Source: Felis catus (lineage: Eukaryota). Taken from it: a stretch of 64,000 bases of DNA. A program made the position numbers and the translations under genes. The stretch lies in the NCBI RefSeq assembly GCF_018350175.1, contig NC_058383.1:11596001-11660000 (forward strand), given 5' to 3'. The notes beneath the pieces are model-generated. The model saw only the letters and a program-made list of their open reading frames with translations. It was not told the DNA's origin and did not search any database. This document shows, piece after piece, positions 36,745 to 49,455 of the stretch. Each line of letters begins with the position of its first letter. Positions within the stretch are counted from its first letter, which is position 1.

Positions 36745-36961
36745 ATAATTTTTTTTTTCAACGTTTATTTATTTTTGGGACAGAGAGAGACAGAGCATGA
36801 ACGGGGGAGGGGCAGAGAGAGAGGGAGACACAGAATCGGAAACAGGCTCCAGGCTCTGAGCCATCAGCCCAGAGCCTGACGCGGGGCTCGAACTCACGGA
36901 CCGCGAGATCGTGACCTGGCTGAAGTCGGACGCTTAACCGACTGCGCCACCCAGGCGCCCC
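36745..36961 (-). mobile_element. Can-SINE, young felid subfamily, inserted in a MIR remnant
   Basis: TSD gagcctctgttttctta at 36728-36744 and 36965-36981. Confidence 0.95.
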
Positions 36962-38287
36962 AAAGAGCCTCTGTTTTCTTATCTGTGAATTGGGGTCATA
37001 CCCATCTCAGAGCTGTTTGTGGGGACTAATTCAATCCCAGGTGCCAGTACGTCGCGTGTTTGTCGACCTGGTCTGTAACCCATCGCCATCATTCCTTCCT
37101 CGAGTCTTAATTTTCTCATCTTACAGGCCAGGAGCGACGCTGCCTGGCTTATAGTCTCACCGTGCGATTCACCTGAGACCCAGCAGGCAGAGCACTTGAA
37201 ACAGCACTGGGCACATTCTCAAGGGCTCTCGTGTGAGTTCCCGTCTTTTCTCCATGCGGCTGAGACCCTCCAGCTGTTATTCCCAATTCTGGCATTTGGG
37301 GCTGGTCCTTTCGGCCCTGTGGTGGTGTCTTTCCCCACGACCGCCCTCCCTGAGAGCATTCTGGATTATCCCGCTGGGTGGGGAGAGACTCAGACTAGCT
37401 TTTCAGTGACTAATCCTTGAAAAAGTACCAGAAAACTGTCTTGATCTTGGAAGGCAATCTGCCACGTTAAGTGCACTGGACCCCGCTCGGAGATGTTCAA
37501 TATTTAATGTATCCCGAACATTCCTTCGGAGCCACTAACCATCTTAACTTGACTAAGACGAAATGTCAGTGGTGAGCCCCAGTGTCCCAGGAAATATTTC
37601 CTTTGGCCACCGGGCCTTTGTAAACCTGAGCTCAGCTCTGGGAAGGGTGGAGGGACACCTTCCAGAGGGGGGCGTTTCCCTGAGTAGAGCCTCTGTGCCA
37701 CAGTGAACACTTGTCACTTGATTTGTGACTGCAAATGATCTCGTCCAATGAAAGGTGCTGGATACTCTCCAAAGTGGCGAATTCCTTCCTGGCTTTGCAA
37801 AGGATGGTAATGAGTTATTGCTAATATAGTCATAAAGCTGTTATTTGTAGGTAAAATTAAACTTTAAAATGAAATATTGTTGAAACAAGACGGTTAACGA
37901 ATTTAGACACGTTACCGAACAGGTAAGTGTGGCGACCGATTGGAGTAGATGATTTTAATTGGTCTCGTGGGATCCAAATCAATATTGAAAACCGTAGAGC
38001 ATATCAGAAGCACGTCTAGATCTGTCTTCCGTTAAGATTTGGGTCACGTCAGCCTGAGTCTCGGGCCACGTGTCCTGGGGTGGGCGCCCCTCCTGGGGGG
38101 TCACGGGGGAGGGAGCGGGTCAGATCGCTCTCGGTCCCTGCAGAGGGACATCAATCCTGAAATCCTAGAGGACTCCACCAGGTCTCAGAATGAACCTTCC
38201 AGAGATGCAGTGCAAAACCGGAGCGCCACCTTGCCCCTGTGTCAATTGTAGCGAGGTGGGGGGGGGCAGGGCAAGAACTCCGGTGAT

Positions 38288-38514
38288 GGGAGTGCCTGGG
38301 GGGCTCTGTCAGTTAAGCATCTGACTCTTGCTTTTGGCTCAGGTCAGGATCTCACAACTCGTGAATTCGAGCCCCACGTCGGGCTCTGCACCGACAGCCC
38401 GGAGCCTGCTTGGGATCCTCTCTCTCTCCCTCTCTCTCTCTGCCTCTCCCTTGCTTGCGCTGTCTCTCTGTCTCTCTGTCTCTCAAAAATAAATAATAAA
38501 CATTGACAAAACAA
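38288..38514 (+). mobile_element. Can-SINE
   Basis: TSD aagaactc(c/t)ggtga. Confidence 0.92.
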
Positions 38515-38752
38515 AAGAACTCTGGTGACAGACTGGAATCAGGAGAGGATCTCAGGTCTGTGACGTTAGTGGATGGGGGGCCGAACCGCACCAACAGAGG
38601 CACCTGCTTCTAACCTTCCCACAATCCCCATCTCTGGAATTCTATGGAAGCTTAGTTCTATAAGGTTATTCATCCCGTAAGATCCTTTCGCTGTAACTGG
38701 GTCCCCTTGGGTGAAGGGCCACCCCTAGCATTGCCGGGCAAATGCCATACAT

Positions 38753-39222
38753 TAGGGGTTGGTAAACCAGAGCCCGTAGGATGAAATCCAGCTCACCGTC
38801 TGTTTTTTTTTTAAATTTTTTTTAATGTTTATTTATTTTTGAAAGAGAGAGAGAGTGTGTGAACAGGGGAGGAGCAGAGAGAGAGGGAGACACAGAGTCC
38901 GAAGCAGGCTCCAGGCTCTGAGCCGTCAGCACAGAACCCGACGCGGGGCTCGAACCCACAAACCGTGAGGTCGTGACCTGAGCCGAAGTCAGACACTTAA
39001 CCGACTGAGCCACCCAACCCGACGCGGGGCTCGAACCCACAAACCGTGAGGTCGTGACCTGAGCCGAAGTCAGACACTTAACCGACTGAGCCACCCAGGC
39101 GCCCCTGGTTGCAACTTTCTTGCCGCTGCGGCGGAGCTGAGTACTTGGACAGATGCCACCTGGCCCGCGAGCCTGAAACATTCACCGTCTGGTTCTTTAC
39201 AGAAAGACTTTGTCGACCTTTG
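38753..39222. mobile_element. MER58A-like hAT MITE split by a SINE
   Basis: Left end taggggttggtaaac; right end tggcccgcgagcctgaaacattcaccgtctggttctttacagaaagactttgtcgacctttg. Confidence 0.75.
38803..39105 (-). mobile_element. Can-SINE with an internal 81-bp tandem duplication
   Basis: 38935-39015 is identical to 39016-39096. Confidence 0.95.
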
Positions 39223-40138
39223 CTTGGACTACCCGCCCTCCATGCAGGCCTGGAGCTGGAAGCGGGGTCTGCGTGGACGAGGGCTAGGTACTTGAACAAG
39301 ATCGCGATTTCATTGGGGAGGAAGAAAAGGCGGAATCAGTGCCGCGTAGCACATCAGCAATGCTCACTGCCCTTGAGCAAGTCGCCCGATTTCTCTGCGA
39401 CTCCGTGTCCCCATCTGCAGACGGAAGACGAAGCAGACGTGTTTGGGGAACGTTGGTGAGGATTCAGGACAAGACACAGATACGACGTACTGACAGGTGG
39501 ATGAAAGAAAGAATGAATGAGGAGTGCTCACAGATCCGGCTGGCCCCTTTCACTCCAGAGAGTTCTGACTTCATTCTATGGCCGCAGGGGGCCTTAGGAG
39601 TATTTTAGGCAGCGAATGACAAGCCAATGACACTTGCACGGGAGAGAGAGAACATGGTATTTTGTGACCCACTGGAGCAGAAAGGCCAGCTGGGCAGAGG
39701 GCAGAAATAACAGAATGCTTCCCGCAAGGGGGCAGAGAAACACCCCAGGGAAATGGTCAACCTTTCCCCTGGGAGGGAGAAGGGATGAGGAGGGGAGGGC
39801 TCCTGGGGCTGAGATAAGGGGTGGCGTTGTAAACCACGCTCAGAGTGACCCCACGAGAACGCGCATGAGCACCTGGCCAGAAAGCTCTGTGTCGCACAGT
39901 GGTCCCCAGGCCAGCAAGGTGATGGGGACAGGGTGGCACACAGGAGACCTCTCGTGACAGAAAGCAGACAATCCGTCTCAGAGGCACGGGTTCTGGTCCC
40001 GACCCCACCACTAACTTGCTGTGTGACCCGAGGCAGACGGATTGACCTCTCTGGTTTTCTGTTTTATCACCTGGCAAGCCACCGAGAAAGAGAACGCTCT
40101 GCAATAATCTAATCTCTTTGAAATCGTTGATGTGCCAG

Positions 40139-41245
40139 CAGGGACAGGTTCAGCTTTTGAAAGCCCTGAAGCTGAAATGTGGGGCCCGGCTGGGGGCGTG
40201 TGGGCTCTTGGAAAATAATACAGAATTGGGTGTGAAAGTAAAAGTCTCTAAGGAACCAAGGGATCGGACAGATTACACATTGCCAAGCCCTGAAAAACGA
40301 CAAAAATCACAAAACCCCGAAAAAATATCCAAATATTATAATTAACAAATGGCTTGACAAATCCTTATACGTTTTTTTCCCTGTATTATTTGGCTGCATA
40401 CCTTTGATCACCTCTTCATAGGTGCTTTCGTTGTCTTTTCCAAAGGGAGGATGGAAAGGTAATTCACCCTGTCAGATGGAAACTTGTTTTTTTTTAATTT
40501 TTTTATTTTTTTTATTTTTTATTTTTTTTAATTTTTTTTTTCAATGTTTATTTATTTTTGGGACAGAGAGAGACAGAGCATGAACGGGAGAGGGGCAGAG
40601 AGAGAGGGAGACACAGAATCGGAAACAGGCTCCAGGCTCCGAGCCATCAGCCCAGAGCCCGACGTGGGGCTCGAACTCCCGGACCGCGAGATCGTGACCT
40701 GGCTGAAGTCGGACGCTTAACCGACTGCACCACCCAGGCGCTCCTGGAAACTTGTTTTTAATTATTGATAATCGGACCACAGGAAACGCACGATTCCCGC
40801 GGCTGTACTTGGCTGTTTGTGGTCTCACGCCAGGTCTTGTGACCCACAAACACACGGATTCTAATAGATTCTATGTGGCATGACTCTCATCAGAAAACAG
40901 AAGGAGGGGGTGTGTAAACTGTAGGCACTGTATCACTGGATGAATTCCGAACACGAGAGCATTTCCGTTTTCGACTGGCCATCGATGAGAACCCAACGTT
41001 CCACGTACTGTTACCTGTGCCCCTGTGTTCCACGCCTCGTTCCTGCTCCACCACCAATATGCTTCTGGTGCTGTGTCAGGATCCGGGGGAGCTGGCTATG
41101 TGCAGCGGGCTCTTGAAAGCCAGGATGGGTAGAAAATGTGACTGCAAACCATGTATATATGTCCCGTTGACCCTAAACCACCTGTGTCTCTATCGTCCCT
41201 TCGCCAGACCCAGCCATTCAATAAGTTTTCCCGGAGCCACTGGCC
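40139..41245. mobile_element. hAT-Tip100 DNA transposon remnant (Zaphod-like)
   Basis: cagggacagg...ccctgaagct...atcacaaaacccc...tttggctgcatacctttgatcacctcttcata resemble recalled Zaphod consensus. Confidence 0.65.
40492..40744 (-). mobile_element. Can-SINE, young felid subfamily, long tail
   Basis: TSD tggaaacttgttttt. Confidence 0.95.
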
Positions 41246-41259
41246 ATCCCTAAAGGAAA

Positions 41260-42400
41260 CATCGTATTGGTTCCACAACACATAAATACCTCCAATAAAG
41301 TCTACGTGGATTAAAGACCTACACGTCAAAAAACAAAACAAAATAAAACAAAAACCGTAAAAACACTTAGAGGAACATCTGGGAGAATCTATGACCTGGG
41401 AGTAGGGAAGGATATCTTAAATAGGATGGAAAAGGAAAACATCATGAAAGGAGACAATGCTAAAATCGGCTTCATCAACACTTTAAACGTCTGTGATAAC
41501 AGACAGCATAAAAATAACTACTATTTTTTTTTTGGAATGGTCTCTGTTCCAAGTGTTTTGCACATATTATCTCATTTAATTCTAATAACAATAACATAGG
41601 GGCACCTGGGTGGCTCCATCCATCGAGCATCCGACTTCAACTCCAGTCACGATCTTGCGGTTCATGAGTTTGAACCCTGCATCGAGCGCTCTGCTGTCGC
41701 CACAGAGCCTGCTTCAGACCCTCTGTCTTCCTCTCTCTGCCCCTCCCCAGCTCACACGCTGTCTGTCTCTCTTTCTCAAAAATAAATAAACATTTAAAAC
41801 ATTAAAAAAAACCCAACATAAAAGTGTATTATTATCTCCATTCTAAAGATGAAGATACTGAAGCACAGAGAAACCAAGTAATTTTCCCAATGCCAAGTGG
41901 CTAGTTTATAAGTGGCCAGACCAAGTGAAGGGACCAGGTGATTTGACCCTCAAACCTGCCCCTCTTAACTAAGTGGCTTCTTGCCATGTTATTTGTAATA
42001 AAGTAAAAAAGATATGCCACAGACCAAGAGAAAGTCTTTGCAATTCATAAAAGCATTGAAGGATTAGTACTCACAATATATAAAGAACTCCTAAGTATCA
42101 ATTAGAAAAAGACAAGTCCATTCGACTCTCATAGAAACCCTTACACTTTGTGCATAGGGAAGAAAGTGCCACGTTTTCTCTAGACATAACTCTTGCTCAG
42201 ACGGGGAACAGACAAGCTAACTGTGGCTGACACACATTAACGCTGGACAGCCAGTAAAAGAGATGAATTACATTGACATGGGTCAAACCAGATAAAGCCT
42301 AACATTATAAATCTGAATAAGAACGGACGGCAGCAGTCCTTGTATTCTCTAACACCATGATGGTACAGTTTTAAATCTTGCAAAACTCGCGTATTTTGGA
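41260..42400 (+). mobile_element. Old LINE-1 ORF2/3' remnant interrupted by a MIR and a SINE
   Basis: tggattaaagaccta...aaacacttagagga...tgacctgggagtagggaagga; aatatataaagaactccta. Confidence 0.7.
41599..41811 (+). mobile_element. Can-SINE, diverged
   Basis: Head, body and A-tail recognisable. Confidence 0.9.
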
Positions 42401-43121
42401 TTCTTTGATTGCGAACACTACCTTGAAAAAAAAAACCACACAGAATGCTTATCTATATGTAGTTCAATTGTTATAAAGTGAACCACCGTGAAACGACATA
42501 GCTGGCATCCCAGAAGCCCCTATGTATCCCCTTCTGGTACCATCCAGCCCCTTCCGTCCCTGTACAGATAACCCTTAGCCTGACTTTCTGTGTATTCCAC
42601 CCTAAGGAAGAAACATTCATTTTTGCTTGCTTCTGAACTTTATTTAAATGAAATTAAACTATATGTATTCTTTCCAGCCTTGCTTTTCTTGCTCAACATT
42701 ATATTAGGAGTATTTTTCCATGATTATGCGTATAGCTGCCCTGCATTCACTTTGATTTGCTTTATAATAATCCTTTGCATGAATATAACAAAAGGAGTTG
42801 ATTGGTTCTATTGAGGATGGACATCTGGGCTGTTTCCAATTTTAGACCATGTAGTAAAAGTAGCTGTAAAGAAATTAACACTTCACAGGGGACCTGAGGC
42901 ATTTGCTACTTCCCAGAGGTAAAGGAGGGTTTGTGATTTTCAGATGTTAATGCCATGCTTATTTCCTTAGCCAAAACAAAACAAAGCAACAACAACTAGA
43001 ACCCAACATGGCAAAATGTTAACATCCGTTAAAGTTCTGCGGGGAGCACAGGGCTGGGTCTATTACGTTCTGTACTCTTCCATGGGTTGAAATTGCCTAT
43101 CGTTTTAAAAAACAAACCGTT

Positions 43122-43351
43122 GGGGCGCCTGGGTGGCGTAGTCAGTTGAGCGTCCGACTTCAGCCAGGTCACGATCTCGCGGTCCGTGAGTTCGAGCCCT
43201 GCGTCGGGCTCCGGGCTGATGGCTCGGAGCCTGGAGCCTGTTTCCGATTCTGTGTCTCCCTCTCTCTCTGCCCCTCCCCCGTTCATGCTCTGTCTCTCTC
43301 TGTCCCAAAAATAAATAAACGTTGAAAAAAAAATTAAAAAAAATTTTGAAA
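43122..43351 (+). mobile_element. Can-SINE, young felid subfamily
   Basis: TSD taaaaaacaaac. Confidence 0.95.
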
Positions 43352-44081
43352 TAAAAAACAAACTGTGAAGTGCTTGACGGGTGTCGCCATTCTCTGCCAC
43401 GTTCCTAGATCCCGAGGCAGATTGCAAACTTCCGTCTCTGGTCCCAGACAAGCAGAAAGAATCGCTCTGATGTGGAGACTGCAGGGACCCACAGAAGAGT
43501 GAAGGGCCCGCTGCTCCTTCTAACATGCCCACTCAGGCGGGCTGGGCAAGTGAGCCCCCACACGGCACCGACAGGCACCCCCCCATCCTGGGGCATCTCC
43601 CATTGTGATCACCCCCCAACTGGATTCTCCCGGCAGCTGTGAGGCATTGGACGTGTCACACCCTCCGATGTGTAGCCGGTTGCACAAAACCAGAGCATGA
43701 GGAGCCCTACTGGGACAGGTGGGGGGGGGGGGTGGCTGTGTCCTAGCCAGTTCTGTCTGGATTGCCTGCCAGGGTGGGGTCTGGAAGGAAGTTATGACTT
43801 CAATCCATAGCGGGGTGATACAAAGACTTACCTTGAGTCACATGGTTGGGAGATCATCAGAAGGAATCTGTCCCACAGCGTCCCCCTTTTGCCTCTAACT
43901 GCACCTCAGTCAGGTTCCACCATTAGAGAGCCATTCCTTTGAGTTAAGCCACAAGAGACTTGAGCAGAAAATGAACTCTAAAAGGTTGGGGGTAGAGAAG
44001 AAGGGATCACTCTTCACATAAGCCAGACACTTAACATATAGCTTTTCATACACTATGTTTTACAAATAAGAATACCTGTGA

Positions 44082-44298
44082 GGGGCTCCTGGGCAGCTCA
44101 GTCGGTTAAGCATCCAACTTTGGCTCAGGTCATGATCCCACAGTTGGTGAGTTCGAGCCCCGCGTCAGGCTGTGTGCTGACAGCTCAGAGCCTGGAGCCT
44201 GCTTCGGATTCTGTGTCTCCCTCTCTCTCTACCCCTCCCCTACTCACGCGCTCTCTTTCTCTCAAAAATAAAAATAAACATTAAAAAAATAAAAAAAA
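44082..44298 (+). mobile_element. Can-SINE
   Basis: Head, body and tail; short TSD aatacct. Confidence 0.92.
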
Positions 44299-44911
44299 AT
44301 ACCTTTGAGTTGTTCACAGCTGTACCCACAGAAAGTGGTAGGGCCAGAAATCCATGCCAGGTCTCCCAGCTTCTGGAATCTTCAAACCATGCTGCCTCTC
44401 AGTTATCAAGTTCTATGGGATTCTAATCCTCTGTGCTGAAACGCACCTCCCCGATGTTGTTGGCTGAAGCCTTGGTTTTAGATGTAGGATCTGACACAGG
44501 GGGAGTGACTGGCCCAAAGTCAGAGGACAAGTTAGTGCTAGATGTGGGACCACGCCTTCTGAACTCAACTGCACATGTCCTGAAGTTATACCATGAAATC
44601 TGTCACCCCACTCGGTCAGGTGGGTTACTTGGAATCAATCTGTACTTATATCCTGAACAGCTAAGGGATTGCACGGAAGGGGAAAGTTCTGGGCAACGAG
44701 GCAGGGATCTGGCCCCGCTTTGTCTTAGCCGCTTTCTGCCCCCACATCCTGGACCCCATGACTTCATGCCCCTTGACTTGCTTCGTCCTGTACAAGTAGG
44801 ATGCTTTGTACATAAGATGGAGGTAATAGTACCGACCCCACAGGCTCGCTATGACAGGGCGGCGAGTTTTAGGAAGTATTTGGAAGCCACAAAGTCGTTG
44901 CTCTTCTTTTA

Positions 44912-44938
44912 AAACAAATTTTAAAATGTTAATTTATT

Positions 44939-44992
<54 letters not shown>

Positions 44993-45120
44993 AATCCAAA
45001 GCAGGCTCCAGGCTCTGAGCTGTCAGCACAGAGAGCGACGCGGGCTCGAACCCACAAGACAGGAGATCATGACCCGAGCTGAAGTCGGACGCTTAACCGA
45101 CGGAGTCACCTAGGCGCCCC
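44912..45120 (-). mobile_element. Can-SINE with expanded (GA)n
   Basis: (GA)n at 44942-44988; head ends taggcgcccc. Confidence 0.92.
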
Positions 45121-45780
45121 TGGTAGTTGTTATGAAAGAAGCCTGTGGTCATTTGGCCACGATGGATACTTCTTGATCCTTTTTGCTCTGACTGCTCCAG
45201 TGACATGGTCCAGATTTAGCCTGATTGCTCTGGGCATGTGAGACTCTTTTGGGTTCTCATTTGTGAACGCTTAATTTTGCACACGTGCTTTGGATGTTTA
45301 CTAAAATGTTAGCGATTCGCTCATTCATTTACGAAAGTCATTGAGGCCCTCGCTGCCATGGGGTAAGCCCACCCGGTTTCGCATAGGTCCCCGATCAAAT
45401 ACATGGAATACACCATCATGCACGAGGGAGGTGATACGTAACTCATGAAGCAATAAACTCCCTAAAAGAAAATCAACACTACTGAAAATTTAGTGTTGTG
45501 TTTAATAAAAATGAGGGCATGTTTTCCTCTTACTTATGAAAGAAAAAAAAAGGAGTTAAAGAGGTACTTAAGGGTTTTTTGGGGGGAGGGGGTTATTTTG
45601 CACTGTTCACACACAAAATTTCCTATGCCAGTTTGGTGATAACCTTGGCCGATAGCTATTATTTTTCTAAGTCTGTCATGACACCCTTAAAATGGGAGCA
45701 AAACAAAATAGACGCTCATTAACACACGGGCTTCTTTTTTACCTTCTTAGAGTGTTTTCTTCTTTAAAAAACTAGGAGTG

Positions 45781-45995
45781 GGGGCACCTGGGTGGCTCAG
45801 TCGGCTAAGTGTCTGAATTCGTTGAGTTTCTTCGTTCGGTTATGATCTCGCGGTTTGTGAATTTCGCGTCGGGCTCTGTGCTGATGGCTCAGAGCCTGCT
45901 TCGGATTCTGTGTCTCCCTCCCTCTCTGCCCCTCCCCTGCTTGCACTCTCTCTCTCTCTCTTAAAAATAAATAAAACATTAAAAAAATAAAAAAA
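45781..45995 (+). mobile_element. Can-SINE, diverged
   Basis: ggggcacctgggtggctcagtcgg head and A-tail. Confidence 0.9.
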
Positions 45996-46236
45996 ACCCC
46001 TAAGAGTTAATATTTATCAAAGCTAATGCGCGCATCTAGGTTTTCAAATATCAAATAGTACTTGAAGAGCTTATATCAATAGTACTTGAAGAATAAGGCA
46101 CCGCGGTCCCCCACAGGGCTTTATCAGCCACCGTCTTGCCCTCTAGAGACAATCACTGGCTATTCTTTTAGCTATTTTTCCAGTATTTATCTCCATATTT
46201 CTGAATAATATGTGTAGTGGGACAACAAATAGATTA

Positions 46237-46433
46237 ATTTTTTTTTTTATTTAAGGGAGAGAAAAAGCACGTGGGGTAGAGAGGCAGAGGGAGAGAGAGA
46301 GGGAGAATCTCAAGCAGGCTTTATGCTCAATGTGAAGAGCCTGACGCGGGGCTCCATCCCACGACCCTGGGATCATGACCTGAGCCGAAATCAAGAGTCG
46401 GACGCTCAACTGACTGAGCCACCCAGGAGCCCC
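46237..46433 (-). mobile_element. Can-SINE
   Basis: TSD ggacaa(c/t)aaatagat. Confidence 0.92.
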
Positions 46434-47869
46434 TAAGGACAATAAATAGATGTTTGCTTTCATCACAGAATCGTAGCTATAGCCTCAGAGCTGAAAATAA
46501 TCGGTGCTGAGAACTCCCGCAGTCTAAAGAGAATGGACAAGGTGACTAATCTCCCAAGGTCTTCCTAAGACGTGGCAGAAATAAAAACAGCTAACACCTG
46601 TCCCAGGTCCTGTTCTAAACTCCTGCGGTTCACCGACTCCTTTCACTGTTGTCGTGACCTTAGGAAGCCCTTCTGTTTTCCAGATGAGGTCACTCAGGAT
46701 TAGACAGGTTAAGTCATTCTGACCGATGGCAGAAAAAGGTTTCTGTCTGCGGTGGCCTGGCTCTTGGCCGTCAAATGGCACTGCCTCTTGCTGGCCTGGT
46801 TCTTACCCTTCCCCTGTAGCCGGGATGAGCAGAGCATGAGAAACTCTCAAAGGATCTCGCCTTAGTCAAATCGCGGCAAGGATGCGGGATTCCTCATAGA
46901 CCAAGGGGGCACTGGGGAGATTAGCCAAGCTCGGGTCATTTTGTGGGCACTCCGCTGGAAGGCACAGTGAGATGCCAGGATGTGTGATTAGGTGGAGTCA
47001 GAAGAGGTAAACGTGGCAGGGGGAAGACTCCTGAGGGACCTTCCAGAAACTCACCCGCGTGCCCGAGGAGCGAATTGGGAGCCAAGACTCTTGCCACGCA
47101 GTCGAAATCTAAGACCAGCCAGTCAGTGTTAACCAGGAGATATCAGGTCAACAGAAGGATGTTTGCCCCTTTACTCTGACCCCCACTTCCGGAACCCCCC
47201 GGAGGAGGCTGAAATTCCCAACACGTCTCCTCTCCGCTTGGGGCCCTTTGGCAGAGGCTCAGCCCGGGATGGGAGAGAAGGAGGGCGTTCAGCAGGATCG
47301 AAGACTGCGGTTTTAAAATGAAGGAAGGTGGATTGGACATTTCACGCCTTTCTTAAAACGATCAGAGAGCTCGGGGGCCCGGCCCAGAGGTTACTAAGCA
47401 CAGGGAAGATGAAATTCAGTATAGCACAGTGGAAGGCAGAGATCACGGGAGATAAATAAAATCATTGTGTGTTTATCCCCTCACCTCGGACTGAGAGCAC
47501 TCCCAGCGGCTGGCAGGTGCGTTAACTGAATGCCTGTGTTTTTTACTGTTGCTTGTTGATGGATCAGTTTAAATATGTTCTCATGTTGTTTTTATTTTAT
47601 TCTCGTGGCAAATGATGAATTGGTCTTTTTCATGCTTCTTCCCTGCACGCACGCCTTTTCTTCCCTAGCCTATGGATCCATCTACCTGTTTAGGTAAAAT
47701 GTAGTTCTGTGTGGCCATCTCTTGTTTTCTGGGTGCCATCAGGCCTATCCAATCTCTCCAGATGCTTGTCTTCAGTGTCTGCTCTCCGAATCGGCTGCAC
47801 GGTGTTTTCCTGGAAATTCCCTTGGTCAGCGTGCTGCGCTGGATTTAGTGTTTCCAGATCCCCAGCCTG

Positions 47870-48170
47870 CCTTTTCTTTCCCTCCCTCCCTCCTTTCTTC
47901 CCTCCCTCCTCCCTTGCTTCCTCCTCCCTCCCTCCCTTCCTTCCTTCCTTCCTTCCCCTCTTCCCTCCTTCTTTCCTTCATTATTTCCTTCCTTCCTCCT
48001 TCCCTCCCTCCTCCCTTCCTTCCTCCTCCCTTCCTCCCTCCCTTCCTTCCTTCCTTCCTTCCTTCCTTCCTTCCTTCCTTCCTTCCTTTCTTCCCCTCTT
48101 CCCTCCTTCCTTCATTATTTCCTTCCTTCCTCCTTCCCTCCCTCCCTTCCCTCTCTCCGCCCCTTTCCTC
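47870..48170. repeat. Polypyrimidine (CCTT/CCCT)n tract
   Basis: Direct reading. Confidence 0.95.
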
Positions 48171-48549
48171 TTGAGTTGCTGGTTGTGCATACGTGACCCC
48201 CATGGTTCCCCATCACCATTTTATGCCACGACGTCAGAGAAGCCCGAGGATAGGAAGCAAGGGGTTAAGTCGTGTGAAGTTGGGATGAGGGGCTACCCAG
48301 GTGCACTGTGTGGAAGCGGTTGCCACAGTTGCAGCTGGGGCAAGAGTTGGGGCAGAAAGGTTGGCAGTGTGCACGGAGGCGTTGGATACAGCCTACTCTT
48401 GCACCATCCAGATCAAGTTCAGTCCATCACGTGATCCCCTTTATAAGGTGGCAGGTGGCAGGTGGCTGGTTCCGAAAAGACATAAGACAAATATTTTCTT
48501 TATTTCTATAACAACCCACAGGTTCTACTGCTTCATGTAATCCAAGGAT

Positions 48550-48945
48550 CAGATGTAACATCTATCATCCCTCTCTTACGTCAGCTTTTCTAGATTTCCC
48601 TCACCATTAGCCCAAATCTCACTTGGTTCAGGTTGATCGCTGTTGGGGTGACCTAGACCGTTATTCCTGGGGGGTCTGAGCCCTGAGTTGCTTTGCCTTT
48701 CTTGGCTCTGTTGCTTATCACTCAACGTGCCTTTGTCAATTCACCAAGTTCACCAAGCATGACGTCAGTTAGGAATGTCCCAGTGAATGCCTTGAGTTCC
48801 AGATATCCTCTCCTTCTCTCTAACCTAGATCATCATGGTACTCAGGGTTAATTACTTCTTCATATAGAACTACTCTTTGTTTACTAGTCCCTTTGACGTA
48901 AGGACTCCAAGTGACTCAAGGGTAGTCATCTTCAAGGTCAGTAAG
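48550..48945 (-). mobile_element. ERV-L 3' internal remnant (dUTPase to 3' end)
   Basis: Reverse complement aagaaaggcaaagcaactcagggctcagaccccccaggaata...ggtcacccc parallels 61160-61230 and recalled HERV-L sequence. Confidence 0.6.
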
Positions 48946-49251
48946 CAAAAAAGTGAAATTCCTTGTAGAATGTTAATGTTTTAATAAACACACTTTGTGA
49001 GAGATCTTTCTTGCTTCTTGCTTGTTCCTCTTTCATAGTTTCCTGTACTTGTTTCACGATTGCCGTGTCTTATCTCTCTGAAGATAGGAAACGCGTTGTG
49101 GGGACGAATTTTGGTATCCTGCTTTATTCTCAATTCCTCTGGGTTCCTTTTTCATCTTCCTGTGGGCTTTGGTATCCCTCTTTTGTGTTGGAACTTTCCC
49201 CTAAGACTTTGGAGAGCCTTAGAATCCCATTCATATTTAAAAGTGATTTAA

Positions 49252-49455
49252 GGGGCGCCTGGGTGGCTCAGTTGGTTAAGCATCTGACTTCCATACAGGT
49301 CACGACCTCAGGGTTTGTGAGTTCCAGCCCCGAAATGGGCTGGCTGCTGTCAGCCTCCTGGTGTGGATCATCTGTCCCCCTCTCCCTTTGCCCCTCCCCT
49401 GCTTGTACGCATGCTCTCTCTCTCTCAAAAATAAAAAAAAAAAATCAAATAAATT
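49252..49455 (+). mobile_element. Can-SINE
   Basis: TSD ttaaaagtgattta. Confidence 0.92.

Noticed and set aside
46048..46092. Short direct repeats (here, and at 12537-12565 and 21396-21421)
   Set aside because: Ordinary 10-25 bp slippage duplications; two copies only, not a CRISPR-like array
46764..46784. CTCF-like motif tggccgtcaaatggcactg
   Set aside because: Two mismatches in the core; not supportable without ChIP or a PWM score
47709..48434. 241-aa ORF, the longest in the track
   Set aside because: It is open only because of the stop-free polypyrimidine tract, and the peptide is low-complexity P/S/F/L
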